A stretch of 63,183 nucleotides of DNA, filler included, from Licmophora abbreviata (taxonomy: Eukaryota), in NCBI GenBank assembly GCA_900291995.1. It is 4 parts of 4 records of this genome, joined end to end, with 100 filler letters (N's around TTAATTAATTAA, not from the genome) between each part and the next. Parts side by side here need not be neighbours in the genome. Positions count along the whole stretch, not along the records: positions 1 to 16,885 come from OLMU01003052.1; 3 more parts are not named here. One strand, given 5' to 3'. Shown here piece by piece: positions 1-11,320 of the stretch; position 1 is the stretch's first letter; the number at the start of each line of letters is the position of its first letter. The position numbers and the translations under genes are program-made. The notes under the pieces are model-generated. The model did not search any database. It was not told where the DNA came from and saw nothing but the letters and a program-made list of their open reading frames with translations.

Positions 1-807
1 CGGCTCTCGCTCTCGTCCTGTTCCGCTCCTCCGCTGGTACATGGGCATTCCTGGTCCGTGCCGGCGGGAACTCGATGAGTCCTGCCGCAGTACGATCTAG
101 TAGTGCGCATCGTTGGAACGCCTCGCCGACTGCATCGGAACATACAGAAGATTTGCTCAAGCCGTCCTATGAGATTGAACCTATTCCCATTCGTATAGGA
201 CATGGGTTTGATATTCACCGAATGGCACCGATTGGAGAAGCCGGTCAGCCTGTTGTAATTGGTGGAGTCGAAATTTCCCACAAGGATCAAAAAGTAAGTG
301 AGGACGAATCTATATGAGTGAGGCGAACTCGTCTCTTAATTTTGAACCCTTCCTATTCTTTAGTGGGTCGATAAGGATGGCAAGTATGTAGAAAAGGGGG
401 GCATCTATGAAACACAGTTGGGCGTCGTGGCGCATTCCGATGGAGACGTAGTGTACCATTCCGTAGTGGATGCCATTTTCGGAGCCCTCACGCTCCCCGA
501 CATTGGTCAAGTCTTCCAAGACACCGATCCACGATGGAAGGGGTGCGATTCTTCCAAGTTTATGGAACACGCTTGTACCGTCATGAAGGAGTATGGCTAC
601 AAGATTGGAAACCTGGATGTCACGCTCATTCTGGAACGCCCCAAGGTCGCCAGTTTCAAGCCGGCCATGAAGGAAAATATTGTAGACTTGTTGGACACGA
701 CGCCTGGGCGCGTCAATATCAAGGCGCGAACGCACGAGGAAGTGGATAGCGTGGGAGAATTGAGAAGTTTGAGTTGTCATGTCGTCCTCACGTTGGAACG
801 TGCATAA
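1..807 (+). CDS. ispF: 2-C-methyl-D-erythritol 2,4-cyclodiphosphate synthase, plastid-targeted (5' truncated; intron 294-363)
   Basis: RIGHGFDIH, AHSDGDVVYHSVVDAIFGA, DIGQVF and NIKARTHE motifs; a GT-AG intron at 294-363 joins the ORFs in frame; upstream frame reads ALALVLFRSSAGTWA-FLV, a signal peptide with F at +1. Confidence 0.96.
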
Positions 808-904
808 ATGATGCTAGCGATGCAGAGCACTGCGGTACCTACAGCTCAAGTACTTTCTAAAAAGTAACATAGCGTTGCGTGTTTATTAGTCATCAGTACC
901 GCAA

Positions 905-2140
905 TTACTTTGGTGTACTTTCACTTGTCACTACTGGCTGCTTGGTCTCCCCGTCACTTACGTCCTGTGATTCCTGTGCACCGATGGCGGAAGGCTCCGG
1001 GTAAACGCGACTCCACAATTCATTCAACATGTGCATACATGCACTATTGTTGGCAACCCACACCAGGAATTTCGCGGCTTGCGTGGGTGTCAAGATACTG
1101 CGCACCGTGTTGAATTCCTGCTCCAAGTCTTCGCCGCACTGCGTCAGTCGGGTTCGCAAGTCAGCAAGTAATGCCAGCGACTTGACGAGACACTCGTCTA
1201 GTTCACGAGCCACCCAGCGACTGTCTTTTAAGGCGGCCCCCTGGTCTGCAGTCACTTCCAAGTAATTCACGAGGAACTGAAAGAGACCTTTGGGCTCCAG
1301 TGACGGATCGGGAGCTGGTGCGGCCAACACGACTGAGTTCGACTCGCTTGTTGTGTCGGTGGAATGCGCCGAAACTGGCGAAACAATGGGCTGAGTCTCT
1401 GAGTCGGCAGCTGAAGCGCCTGCGTCATCTTGTCCCCGAGTACCGCCGCTTGCTGCCATGCTCCCGCCGTGCAGCGCCCGCATGGCAATACTAGTGGTCT
1501 GGGTAGGCATCAGCAGTCGTTCAACGTTTCGAAGATGAAACTCTATGGCTGATCGTCGGTCCCTTCCGTAATCGGCAAACTTTTCTTTGAACTCTTCAAT
1601 CCTCGCAAACACCTCCGTTTCCGACCCACCGCTCTTCAATAAGGCACCGAGGTTCTCGGTCAGTTTAGCTTGTTCCTGGGTCATGGTATCTTCCGCCTCT
1701 TCTCCGATCTGTGAATTAGAGTAGACAGATAAGAATAAGAGATCGACGCGACTGATACCATCTCTTCTCGTGTTTCAAACAAACCCCAATGATAACCGTC
1801 TCTTATCAATACTCACCTGTAGCTGTAGTCGAAGTCTCAAATTTTCGCCCTCCAAGATATTGATTTCGCGCTCCAAATTCTCTGTCGCCTCTCGCTTGCG
1901 TCGACGACACTCGCGCGCCGACAATCGATTCTTTTCCAATCTTTGCAACTTCTTGTCACTCAAGGGCTTTCCATCCTTGGTCTCGGTCATAAGGGGGCGC
2001 TTGATACCAGCAGAGGCGGTCGATTGTTGCTGGGATGACAGAACTTCAGCAGCGGATGATGATGATGGCTTCGGCCCCTCTCCGGTTTCTCCGGTCTTTG
2101 CTTCCAATGGAAATTCTGAATGGGGATGTGAGGAGCTCAT
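905..2140 (-). CDS. bZIP transcription factor (intron 1709-1816)
   Basis: Basic region RLEKNRLSARECRRRKRE plus leucine heptads LEREINILEGENLRLRLQL; C-terminal SILTPTQAAKFLVWV motif; splice joins ORFs 1775-2155 and 905-1684; start codon uncertain. Confidence 0.88.
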
Positions 2141-2270
2141 GTTACTAGAAGTCACTTAAATGGAATAGAGAGGGTTTCATCGGCAATGGAAGAGAAATCA
2201 TGGACGGATGGCGACGAACGGGATCCAAATCCCATGGTCAATTTGCTGCGTGTTGACGAGAGTTTGCGAG

Positions 2271-2286
2271 TGAGTCGAATGAGTCA
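2271..2286. promoter_or_regulatory. Candidate cis-element TGAGTCGAATGAGTCA (contains AP-1/GCN4-type TGAGTCA)
   Basis: Lies in the divergent bZIP/arrestin intergenic region; identical 16-mer at 58125-58140. Confidence 0.35.
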
Positions 2287-2546
2287 GTCAGTCAATTTTA
2301 CGATGGGCGCGCTCTCATAACAGAGCGCGCTCCAATGCCTGAACCGCACGTCATACGGACGGTGGGACTCAGCTCATCTTTACGGGACTCAACAAACGCT
2401 CCAAATCGAAATCTGCACCATCACTTTTTTGACTTTGTTCGACTGAACCATGAGCAAGAGAGAAACAACGCCGTTGTTTGGAATTTTGTGAACCGTCAAT
2501 CTCTTTAGAAAATCTGAAAACAGACCCTCACACATATTTGATACTA

Positions 2547-4672
2547 ATGGGAAATAAAGTATCGGTGAAGCTCAAGATCGAGCTGGAGGACGATCCGCAA
2601 GATGCATCTGGGCGCTTGCGGGCGTTGACAGAGGGAAGCGGTACGTTTCACAGACTATGGGGGCCATTGTTGACCATTAGATTCTTGGCGATTCTCTAAA
2701 CCAGACATCTCTTTTGCGACCCAGACCTGGTCTTTCCCGCAGGGACGTCGTTGAGAGGAGAGATCGTCATGGATGTACAAGAAGGCAATCGGCTGTTTGG
2801 AGGAGGAGGCACCTTGATGCTGCATGCTGTCGGGTTCGAGCGAACGGCCTTTACATCAGGAAAGAAAGCAAACAGTCGCGTCAGGTACGTAGGGCGTATA
2901 CGACTGTGATCTTCTGATCGTGCTGCTTGTTTGACAAGACTTGGAGCCTCCAACCCTCATCCCGTTCGTCCTCTCTTGCTCTCGTCAATTTGCGACAGCC
3001 ACCGTGAACGCGCCTTTTTCCAGTCGTCCATCAAACTTTGCCGCTGGAGCGTCGGTCGACGGGCTGGAACCTATAACTTCCCATTTTCTATTACTTTACC
3101 ACAGACTCTGCCCTCGACATTTTCACATGGATCAGAGAAAATGGGTTGTCAAATTGAAGTATGTAATATCGCGATCTAGCACCGGAGCGATGCATCTTAT
3201 GGGACAAACTCTCACAGCAATGTGTTACTTGCTCTTTCCTACAGTACATGCTCCGAGCTGCCTTTCGCAAAGATGAAAGAAGTCGTCAAATTCGTGTTGT
3301 ATCAGCTCCCATGCCCGACACGACCGTCCCATGCTTTCTGGAACCACAGACCGAAACGGTCAAGTCCTTGGGTGTCCGACGCGTCGGCAGCATTACCTTT
3401 GGAGCGGGAGTGAGTGATGCGCATGTTGGCAAAGGCCATGATCTGGAGTTATCGTTAGCCTGTCGTAACAATTCTGCTGTCAACATTCGGCATGTCAATA
3501 TCAAGCTAGTACAACTCGTCACCTGGCGCGCCACCAACAGACAAGTGGAGCAGTCTAAGGAAGTTCTTGTGTCCACAGAGGATCTGTCCCTTCCTGGGCT
3601 CATGACGGACGCAAATGATAGGAATGGCAGTGGAAATCTTGCTGGTAGTCGCGACTACCAAGCTATCTACAACTCATTGCGGTCACGCGATAACTTGATT
3701 CGTGTCCATGTACCCTCGGTAAGCGTTGTTGTTTCGGGCAGAGAATGTCGTGTTTTATCGAGACCTCAGCCCCGTCCTATAATTGCTCCTGCGTTCGTAA
3801 CCCAGACTGCAGAAGATACATATGAAGGTCGAATCCTATCAATTTCGCACTACATCAAGGTCTATCTTAATACGACGCGGTTTGTCAAGAATATTTCAAC
3901 CAAGATACCGCTTCAGATTGGAAATGCTCCGATTGATGGGTCATCCACGCAGACTCGACCGCCGACAGAAATCCTGCCGTCCCGCTTCGAGCAAGGTGCC
4001 TCGCAGCCCTCTCCAGTTCATGACATAGATCGACCATATCCTACAGCTCCGGTGGAAGAAGAGTATTTTGTGTCGTCGCCGTGTGTTCCGCCTTCGGCAC
4101 CAGTGGAAGACGAATTGAACGAGTACATTCCTATTGTTACGGCTGTCTCAATACCTGTTGGGAGCACCATCCATGCGCCGATTGTGGAAGTTCATGCGGG
4201 AGGCGTTGGTTTCGGTGGCAACAGTGAAGACGACGTGGTGCGACTTGTTACCGTTCCTTCTCCCACTCAACCTTCGGTTCCGGTTCTGCTCGAGGAGATG
4301 TCGAGAATGACCAACCACTTCGACAACCTTTCAACAAAACTAGGCAGCCGTAATTGGCGGCGCGTCCTCGAATCACTGTCTTCATTTCAGTTTGGACAGG
4401 TTATTGCAGCAGTCAGCATGGAGTTTGACCAGGTCAGAGTGGCCCGGCTACTGGCGCCACGCATTGAGAACGAGGGGAACGGATTCGCATGTATCTACTG
4501 TGTAAAAGCGCTACAAAACACAGCGCGGTGGAATCGTGTAGCCGTTGTTCAGCAGCTCCTACCACTATGCCGTGACCTCGAAACCAACCAGCGCTTGATT
4601 CGTGATGAGCTGACCGATTGGGAGCTGACTGTGTGTGATCGTGACTTCGAGAGTGCTTCGCCTCGGCGGTGA
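2547..4672 (+). CDS. Arrestin-fold (alpha-arrestin-like) protein with C-terminal helical domain, multi-exon
   Basis: MGNKV start; spliced exons give GTYNFPFSITLPQTLPSTF, LACRNNSAVNI..V.IKLV and ISHYIKVY..ISTKIPLQIG; introns begin at 2641, 2885, ~3159 and ~3719. Confidence 0.8.
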
Positions 4673-4916
4673 CAGTCAGAGACATCATGCACCGTGGCCA
4701 ATATTGATTTTCTTGGACTGGCCTGACACGGTGTGATCCAACACGTTCGGGGTAGCGGGCGCCAAGATTGGTACAGTTCAGCAACAGGTTGTCCTTGAGC
4801 GTGATATATTTCGACAGCCCCTGATAGCGTGGGTGGGACGTGACTGCCACATAAAATGCTCTCACAAAATATTCTTGGTGCTGAGAAAACCCGACCATTA
4901 CTTTCGAAGATCAACA

Positions 4917-6548
4917 ATGAAGCTTCTTCTTGTGATATTGGCTATGTGCCCCCTCCTCCGTGTGGTCGCTTTGGGATCCGCTGGTGAGCCGTGCAGCTGC
5001 GCTTGCATTCCTTGCCCAACATTGATATCGCAATCTCTCACTGATACTGTGCTCTGTTAGCGAACGAGCTGGCAGACTTCCTTGATAGTGGACGCGAGGT
5101 GCCACTTCATCTCGCGGCCATGAAGGGAGATATCGTCACCTTGTCGTCCACTTGGACAGATGACACTGGGGCATATGGTGTTGTGGAACTCTTAAGAGTT
5201 CCAATTGAACTTCTAGATGAGACTGATCTGGAAGCGCTGGAGGGTGGAAAGTCCTTGACTGGCAAGATCGCGCCAAGCGAAACTTTGTTTTCCTTAACCG
5301 GCCAGCCGTTCTTTGTCGCTGGCACCGACGAAAGCTTGAATGTCTCTCCCGATGAAGTATCCAAGCGCCTCCTTGCTCCCGCCACCATGACACTTTGTGG
5401 CAACGTTCGCGCCCGTTCAATCGTCTCACTCACCATCAATGGCAAAACCAACCCCACTACCAAGTCCAGTTACTTTAGCTCGGACCATGCCGGAACAGAT
5501 GGCAGCAGTCGCTCGTTATGGACGTCGGCGAGAGAATTGGCGGATGTCTGTGATGACCATGATTTGCTCCTGGGTGGATGTGATTCTCCCGACATTTCTT
5601 GTGTAGTCACCAAGGAGCGTGCGAAGCGAGTTGAGTCGATTACCTGTCCTGTTGGGGGGAAGTGTGGTCCGCTGTACGCTCTTCTTGTCTTCTTCAAGTC
5701 TTCGACGGAGTATGAGTACCGCAACTTTGCCGGAGTGTGCAAGACCATCCCGTCCGTCTTTGCCGATCAGTGCGAATGTCGCCTCAGTGCTGCCGGAATG
5801 ACAGATTTCATCGGTTGGCGCGATGAGCCAGTTCCTGAAGAGCAGTGCGGAGAAGAGTGTGACGGCGATGGAGGAAACGGTGAGTGTAAATCTGACGTGT
5901 TGGTTTGACCCGAACCGATCTTATTCCTCACATATCCCATCCTGTGTGACCGCAGACCCTCACTTCAAGACTTGGGAAGGCACTCACTATTCATACAACG
6001 GAAAGTGTGACCTTGTCATGGCCCAGAGTGACGGATTTGGCAACGGAGCTGGGATGGATTTGCATATTCGCACCGCGATCAAAGATGACTACTCTTTCAT
6101 TTCGAATGCTGCCCTCAAAATTGCTGACGATGTTCTGGAAGTCGTGAACGATGGTTCCTACTACGTGAACAACAAGGCAAACGCGACACTTCCTGCATCG
6201 ATTGGCGGATACACCTTGACCGAGAAGTCGCACATTCACTGTGAGGGAGATGGAGCGGATGAAGTCTGCATTGCTGGAACCAAGCTTCATGTGGCCGTGG
6301 ATGAAACGGAGCACATCATCATTCGCGCTTTCAAGGGATTCCTCTATGTTAAGGTGTCGCCGGGCATAACCGACAGCGTTGGCCTACTCGGTACGTGGGG
6401 CAAGGAAGGCATGGTTGCTCGTGACGGCGAAACTGTGTTGACGGACCCGAATGAAATGGGAGCTGAATGGCAGGTCATGGACACGGACCCCAAACTCTTT
6501 CAGACGGCAAGTGCTCCCCAGTACCCGGAACCTTGCGAGCTTCCCTAG
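4917..6548 (+). CDS. Secreted protein with von Willebrand factor type D domain (introns ~4984-5060 and 5880-5955)
   Basis: Signal peptide MKLLLVILAMCPLLRVVALG; Cys-rich middle region; spliced GGNDPHFKTWEGTHYSYNGKCDLVM, GLLG and MGAEWQV..DPKLF..PQYP..C typical of diatom VWD proteins. Confidence 0.85.
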
Positions 6549-6709
6549 GAAGGCGAGGGTATGGATAGTCGAGTTGGATGTGAAACACGTATTTAGACAG
6601 AAATAGAGATAATGGACGAGAGAAACAGTTGAACGAATCGAACTTGCTCATTGATTTTATAACTCCCAAGAGTCGTTCCGTATTTTCAAAAAAAAACTAT
6701 GAACATCGT

Positions 6710-7465
6710 CTACTCCTTATCCGCTCGATTCCGGAACCGGCCGACCAAGTTGAGTTTGACACGTGCACTGACAGTGGCCTGCTTCTGCTGCGTTCCTTCC
6801 ATTGACGACTGGACAGTGTCCATCTGTCGCGATTGTTGTTCTGATTCTTCGTTCAATTTTTGGGCAAGAAGTCCAAGCCGATCCAAGGAATCTGCCGCTT
6901 CATCCAAAAGATCGTCAATTTCGTCGTCTGCAGCTTCCAAGCGATCCAGTCCCTCCTTGTCTTCGTCAGCCAGTGGCACGGAATCCGACGTATCGGCGGC
7001 CCCGTATTCGTCCGGGAGTAGTTCTACTTTGCGATACCTACTGCTCTTTTTCTTACCCTGACTTGCTGTCTGGTTCCATCCTTCCCTGTCATCTTGTTGA
7101 GTCGTTTGGGCCCCCGAAGGCGTTTCTTGCTGTCGCCGGCCGCTGCTTCGGTTCAAGGCTTTTGCTTCCACCTGCCCCTGTCGTTTCGCCTCACGCTTCT
7201 TCCCCCCTCCCCAATTCATAGCCCACCGATCAAACTTGTTCTGCAGTTTCTTCGTCTCACGGAGACCTTCTTTTACCCGTTCTTCTTCCGATTGGATGCT
7301 ACCAAGCTGCTGGCGCTGGTCCTGTAGACCTTGAAGTGTAAATTCACCGACTTCCTCCGTCTGCTCGGTTTGTCGCTGAATTCGTTTCAAACTCTCCCTC
7401 GTGGACCGCTGCATTCTTTCAGCATCCCTTATGGCGCGAGCATTGTTGTTGGAAGCGCTAGACAT
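6710..7465 (-). CDS. SNAP-25/Sec9-type Qbc SNARE
   Basis: Two SNARE coiled coils (STRESLKRI..TLQGLQDQRQQL; DDEIDDLLDE..LNEESEQQSRQMD) and no TM helix. Confidence 0.8.
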   Translation of the reverse strand: MSSASNNNARAIRDAERMQRSTRESLKRIQRQTEQTEEVGEFTLQGLQDQRQQLGSIQSEEERVKEGLRETKKLQNKFDRWAMNWGGGKKREAKRQGQVEAKALNRSSGRRQQETPSGAQTTQQDDREGWNQTASQGKKKSSRYRKVELLPDEYGAADTSDSVPLADEDKEGLDRLEAADDEIDDLLDEAADSLDRLGLLAQKLNEESEQQSRQMDTVQSSMEGTQQKQATVSARVKLNLVGRFRNRADKE

Positions 7466-7699
7466 TTGCAAATGGAGTCCAAGTCGACAAGTCAGTCAAA
7501 CAGTCCTCTCTCCCATCCCATCGTCGTCTGGTCTCGAAGTTCCGAAATTGAATTGAAGTTGATGGGGCAATGAATGTCGCATCCGACACACAATGCGACA
7601 AATATAGCGCGCGCCGGGAAAGGATGTTCGCGATGGGATCGCAACTCGCAACACATAAAAACAGAGGCCGCAACAGCATTGCATCGGTACTGCACCATC

Positions 7700-7876
7700 A
7701 TGGTCTGGCTATTGTGGCTGCTGACGAGCAGTTTGTTGCTCGCATGGTGTGTTACTATGGCGTGTCGCTCCGAGAAGGTGGCAGCATTTGCACGCGCGGC
7801 ATCAGATTTGGCCGATTCTTACAACGAGCAGTACATCCATCACGACAGCAATGACGAGGGTGGCAAAGACAACTGA
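7700..7876 (+). CDS. Putative small signal-anchor peptide (58 aa)
   Basis: ATG in ACCATCATGG context, hydrophobic N-terminus MVWLLWLLTSSLLLAWCV and acidic tail; divergent from the SNARE gene; no recognisable family. Confidence 0.35.
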   Translation: MVWLLWLLTSSLLLAWCVTMACRSEKVAAFARAASDLADSYNEQYIHHDSNDEGGKDN

Positions 7877-8216
7877 GGATTGTGACAACAAGGAGGAAAG
7901 GCGCACGCTTCATCACGCTGACTTTTAAAAGGCTTGTCGCAGCTCTAACGTGTAACACGCGATAGGCCAGCTATACGTTGCTAAACATATGGATGATGGC
8001 ATTCCTGAATCTGCAACCGATCTCGAAGCGATGGAGAGCTACTGACGCCCTGAGCTTTGATGATCTGTGGATTCAGACTGGACGACTCTAATGATACCTG
8101 GTACTTGTTTTAGGTCATACCGCTCGCAACGACTTGATCTCGTACCTAGCAATAGACATGGATATACAACACCGTGGTTCAGTCCGCGGCTATAGGCTAT
8201 AGGGTTTTCCTCTTAC

Positions 8217-8537
8217 TCATGAAGTCAGCAAGCTATTCCAGCAGCAACACGGACAGGCTTTATCCAGCGGACATTCCTTCTCCGGGATGGTATAGTTTTT
8301 AGTTCGACACTTTCGACATTTCCAAGAGTATGTGTTGGGCGCCAGTACGATTGCCTGTAGACAGTTCTCACAATGCCACTTCCCACTCCGCCCGGCAAAA
8401 TCTTCAGGTGGATTCTCCGGTGGGCTAGCAGTGCCTAGTCGCTGCGGCGGAGCGTCATCGGCACCACGAGGGGATGAGGAGTCACCATCACCCATCACCG
8501 CTGAGGGTGACGACGCGGATCCTTCTATTCTACCCAT
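8217..8537 (-). CDS. Small zinc-ribbon protein with Cys-rich C-terminus
   Basis: WHCENC...WKCRKC pair followed by CPLDKACPCCC; disordered N-terminus beginning MG. Confidence 0.55.
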   Translation of the reverse strand: MGRIEGSASSPSAVMGDGDSSSPRGADDAPPQRLGTASPPENPPEDFAGRSGKWHCENCLQAIVLAPNTYSWKCRKCRTKNYTIPEKECPLDKACPCCCWNSLLTS

Positions 8538-9114
8538 TGCAGTCGCGAATAATCTCTGAGTGATAAATGTGTCTCGGAATCCCTAATGATGGCGGTGGGG
8601 CTCTTCTCGCTTCATACTGACACCACCATGGTCAAACAGCATAGCTGATGCACCTATACACACTTCACAGAGACTGGTGCATACTCAAAGAGCGATCATC
8701 TCTCGCGTCGTTGTGTCGCGACAAAAAGATTCACTCAAAGATTCGGGGTCAGTCCGTCGCTACATCTTGATGCAATTTAGAGGCGATCTCGTCGCTAGCC
8801 ATCAGTAGACTGACGATCTATTCGACGCCTAAAGCCGATAACAGCTGTAAGCCCCTACAACTAACGATCATTTCGGAGTGTCACTCATGCCAGACTGTTT
8901 AGTACCTCTCGACCCGAAAGGCTTGAGTTACGTGGTACACAAACCCTCGTCAAACTGGGATCTATCGCGGTGCATAGACTATAGGTTTCAACTTTGTTTG
9001 CTGATGTTACATATGGCTGTGACTAAAATCAATTTGCGACTGCATAGTGTAGTTTTAGATATTTTTCATGTTACTTTGTTCTACTTATGTTCCAGGTGAG
9101 TGCTCGTCGTGCAG

Positions 9115-10986
9115 CTAATCACGAAGCTGATCTAGGAACTTCTGCCAGTGGAAGTGACCAAAATGCTGGCGAATACGAGTCGTCTGTGCCATGCTTCCTA
9201 CAAGTCCTTGCTCATGCTGATGTACATTGACTTGTTTCTGAGCCTCCTCAATCTCGTTATCCACAAGAGGAGCAGCCGTTGGGAGCTCCTTCAGAACTTG
9301 CCATCCCTCTGGAATCGATATCGCTTGAAGATCAGACGGAACCTCAGCATCACTCGGATTAATACGAATCATCTTGCCCAGCTCCTTGGCGTCCCGCGCA
9401 AAGGCTTCCACCGGAAATCTCGTCACCATGGGAGTGTTGAATCCGGCTCCAATCTCGATAACAACAACCTTTTTTCTAGAAGCAATCACTTGTTTCATCC
9501 ATTTCTGCAGAGCAACATTCTGTTCCTCAAATTTATTGTGGAGATACCATCCGCCGCCACGCACGTTTCCGAACACGGGACCACCACAATTCGGACACTT
9601 CGGCACGAGCTCTACAGGGATAAGACCATCCTTACTAATGTGAGGCAAAGCTTGGTCGAGGAAAGGGCGACTCTCAAACACTGAGTCTGGGCGGCATGGT
9701 TTCATGCACTGCAGGTACGTCCACTCTCCTTGGGGCGTGTAGATACGGTTGGCAGCGAAACTTCGCTCAAAGCACGCATCGACATTGGAGGTAAGGACGA
9801 AATGGTCCTTATGCTGCACCAGCTCCCGCAAGGACGTGTATCCCTCATTCGGTGGAAACTTCCAGCGCATGTTGTCCATGTGCTTGGCTTCAAATGCCCA
9901 CAGCGCCGTCTCAGGAACCGAGCGATCCCCAAGCAAACCCATAGCTTCGTACGCAGTCCGGTACCCCCACTTTGTAAACCATGGATAGTGTCGGGCGAAG
10001 TCGTCTGGGTTTGTGTAGACCATCTCACCCTCGTTCCCACTCATGCCCGCACCTGCACAAATTAACACAGCCTCAGCCTCATCAATCCATTGTTTGGCCA
10101 GACGGACAGTCGACGTTCGAGCATCGGTACGATTCCCTTCCTTATCAAGCTGCTTTCTATACAAGATTTCATCCTCTTCAGAGTATGTATCATACACAAT
10201 GGTATCAAACGGATATTCTGGATGCTGGTCTAACCATTCTTTCACGGCCTCAACAGCAATACGAGCCGCTCGTTCTTTGGGAAAACCGAACAGTCCGGTT
10301 GAGATCCCCGGAAAGGCAATGGAACGTACACCCCGGCTCGCCGCCGCATCGAGGGAGGACTGATAACAAAATGCGAGCTGCTTCTCTTGAGTGACTGTCG
10401 GCGTAGTACCCTGCTTTTCATCCATCTGAGGTCCGGTCACGTGTATCACATACCGACTGGGCAAATGAAAGCCATCCGTCAGAATAGGAGGAGTTCCGGC
10501 CCACAGAGGTGTCTCACGTTCCTGCATCGCCTGACGACACGAAATTCGAAGACGAGGTCCGGCCTGTCGGTGAATGACATTGTCCACGCACCTATGCCAC
10601 GGAACAAAGCAGCCGAGGCCTTGACTGTTGGCAGCGTTGACAATGGCATCCACCTTGAGAGTCGTAATATCACCACGCCACACAGTCAGGTTAGTCCCAC
10701 CATATGAGACTGTTGGCTTGAGCTGATTCAAGTGGACAACTTCTTTTTCTTCGTCGGCCCACACTTGATCGATAAGACGCAGGGTTTCGGCTTTCCAGTC
10801 CATGTTGGACTGAATCAAAGCATCACCGAGCAAGGAGCGCTGTTCATCCACAGTTTGGGGAAGCTGCTGTTGAGGATCACTCAGGAGAGAAGCTTCTTGT
10901 CGGAGGACTGCCAAGAGAGCTTCCTTGACGATGGATGTGTGCATGGTGGGCAGTCTCGTCGTCGTTGCCATCTTCATCATTGTCAA
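9115..10986 (-). CDS. Zn-dependent macrodomain / class M sirtuin (SirTM) fusion, Mfs1-like
   Basis: Macrodomain WRGDITTLKVDAIVNAAN, Zn loop GCFVPWHRCVDN, IAFPGISTGLFGFP; sirtuin GAGMS, TSNVD, TPQG (Q for catalytic H), CMKPC/CPNC, EIGAGFNTP; single exon. Confidence 0.93.
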   Translation of the reverse strand: MTMMKMATTTRLPTMHTSIVKEALLAVLRQEASLLSDPQQQLPQTVDEQRSLLGDALIQSNMDWKAETLRLIDQVWADEEKEVVHLNQLKPTVSYGGTNLTVWRGDITTLKVDAIVNAANSQGLGCFVPWHRCVDNVIHRQAGPRLRISCRQAMQERETPLWAGTPPILTDGFHLPSRYVIHVTGPQMDEKQGTTPTVTQEKQLAFCYQSSLDAAASRGVRSIAFPGISTGLFGFPKERAARIAVEAVKEWLDQHPEYPFDTIVYDTYSEEDEILYRKQLDKEGNRTDARTSTVRLAKQWIDEAEAVLICAGAGMSGNEGEMVYTNPDDFARHYPWFTKWGYRTAYEAMGLLGDRSVPETALWAFEAKHMDNMRWKFPPNEGYTSLRELVQHKDHFVLTSNVDACFERSFAANRIYTPQGEWTYLQCMKPCRPDSVFESRPFLDQALPHISKDGLIPVELVPKCPNCGGPVFGNVRGGGWYLHNKFEEQNVALQKWMKQVIASRKKVVVIEIGAGFNTPMVTRFPVEAFARDAKELGKMIRINPSDAEVPSDLQAISIPEGWQVLKELPTAAPLVDNEIEEAQKQVNVHQHEQGLVGSMAQTTRIRQHFGHFHWQKFLDQLRD

Positions 10987-11320
10987 TCACAAAATCGCGT
11001 TCCTTTATGTCGTGATGTCGTCGTGTGTTTGCAGTTTTGCTTTTGTGAGCCTTCCAAACTGCGCGCGAGCGTCGCGCGACGAAGCTCCGGGAACAGTGCT
11101 CTAGCGAATTCTTGAGTGCGTGTAGAATGCAACGTACGTTTTGTACCACGATGAAGAAACGACGGATGACAGACAGACAGAAGTTGGTGTGGCGCGCAAT
11201 ACAAGAATGGGTAATGGGCGAGCCTCCTGGATCCCGGCGGCGCGCCATGAAGAAAACGCAGGCGACGGCTCGACATCGCCGACCCTATCACAGTCTTTTT
11301 TCGTAGACTATCATACCGCG

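Noticed and set aside
9115..10986. Bacterial contaminant or anti-phage Sir2/macro (Thoeris ThsA-like) gene
   Set aside because: Contiguous with intron-containing eukaryotic genes; domain order and the Zn-loop and QG motifs fit Zn-Macro/SirTM
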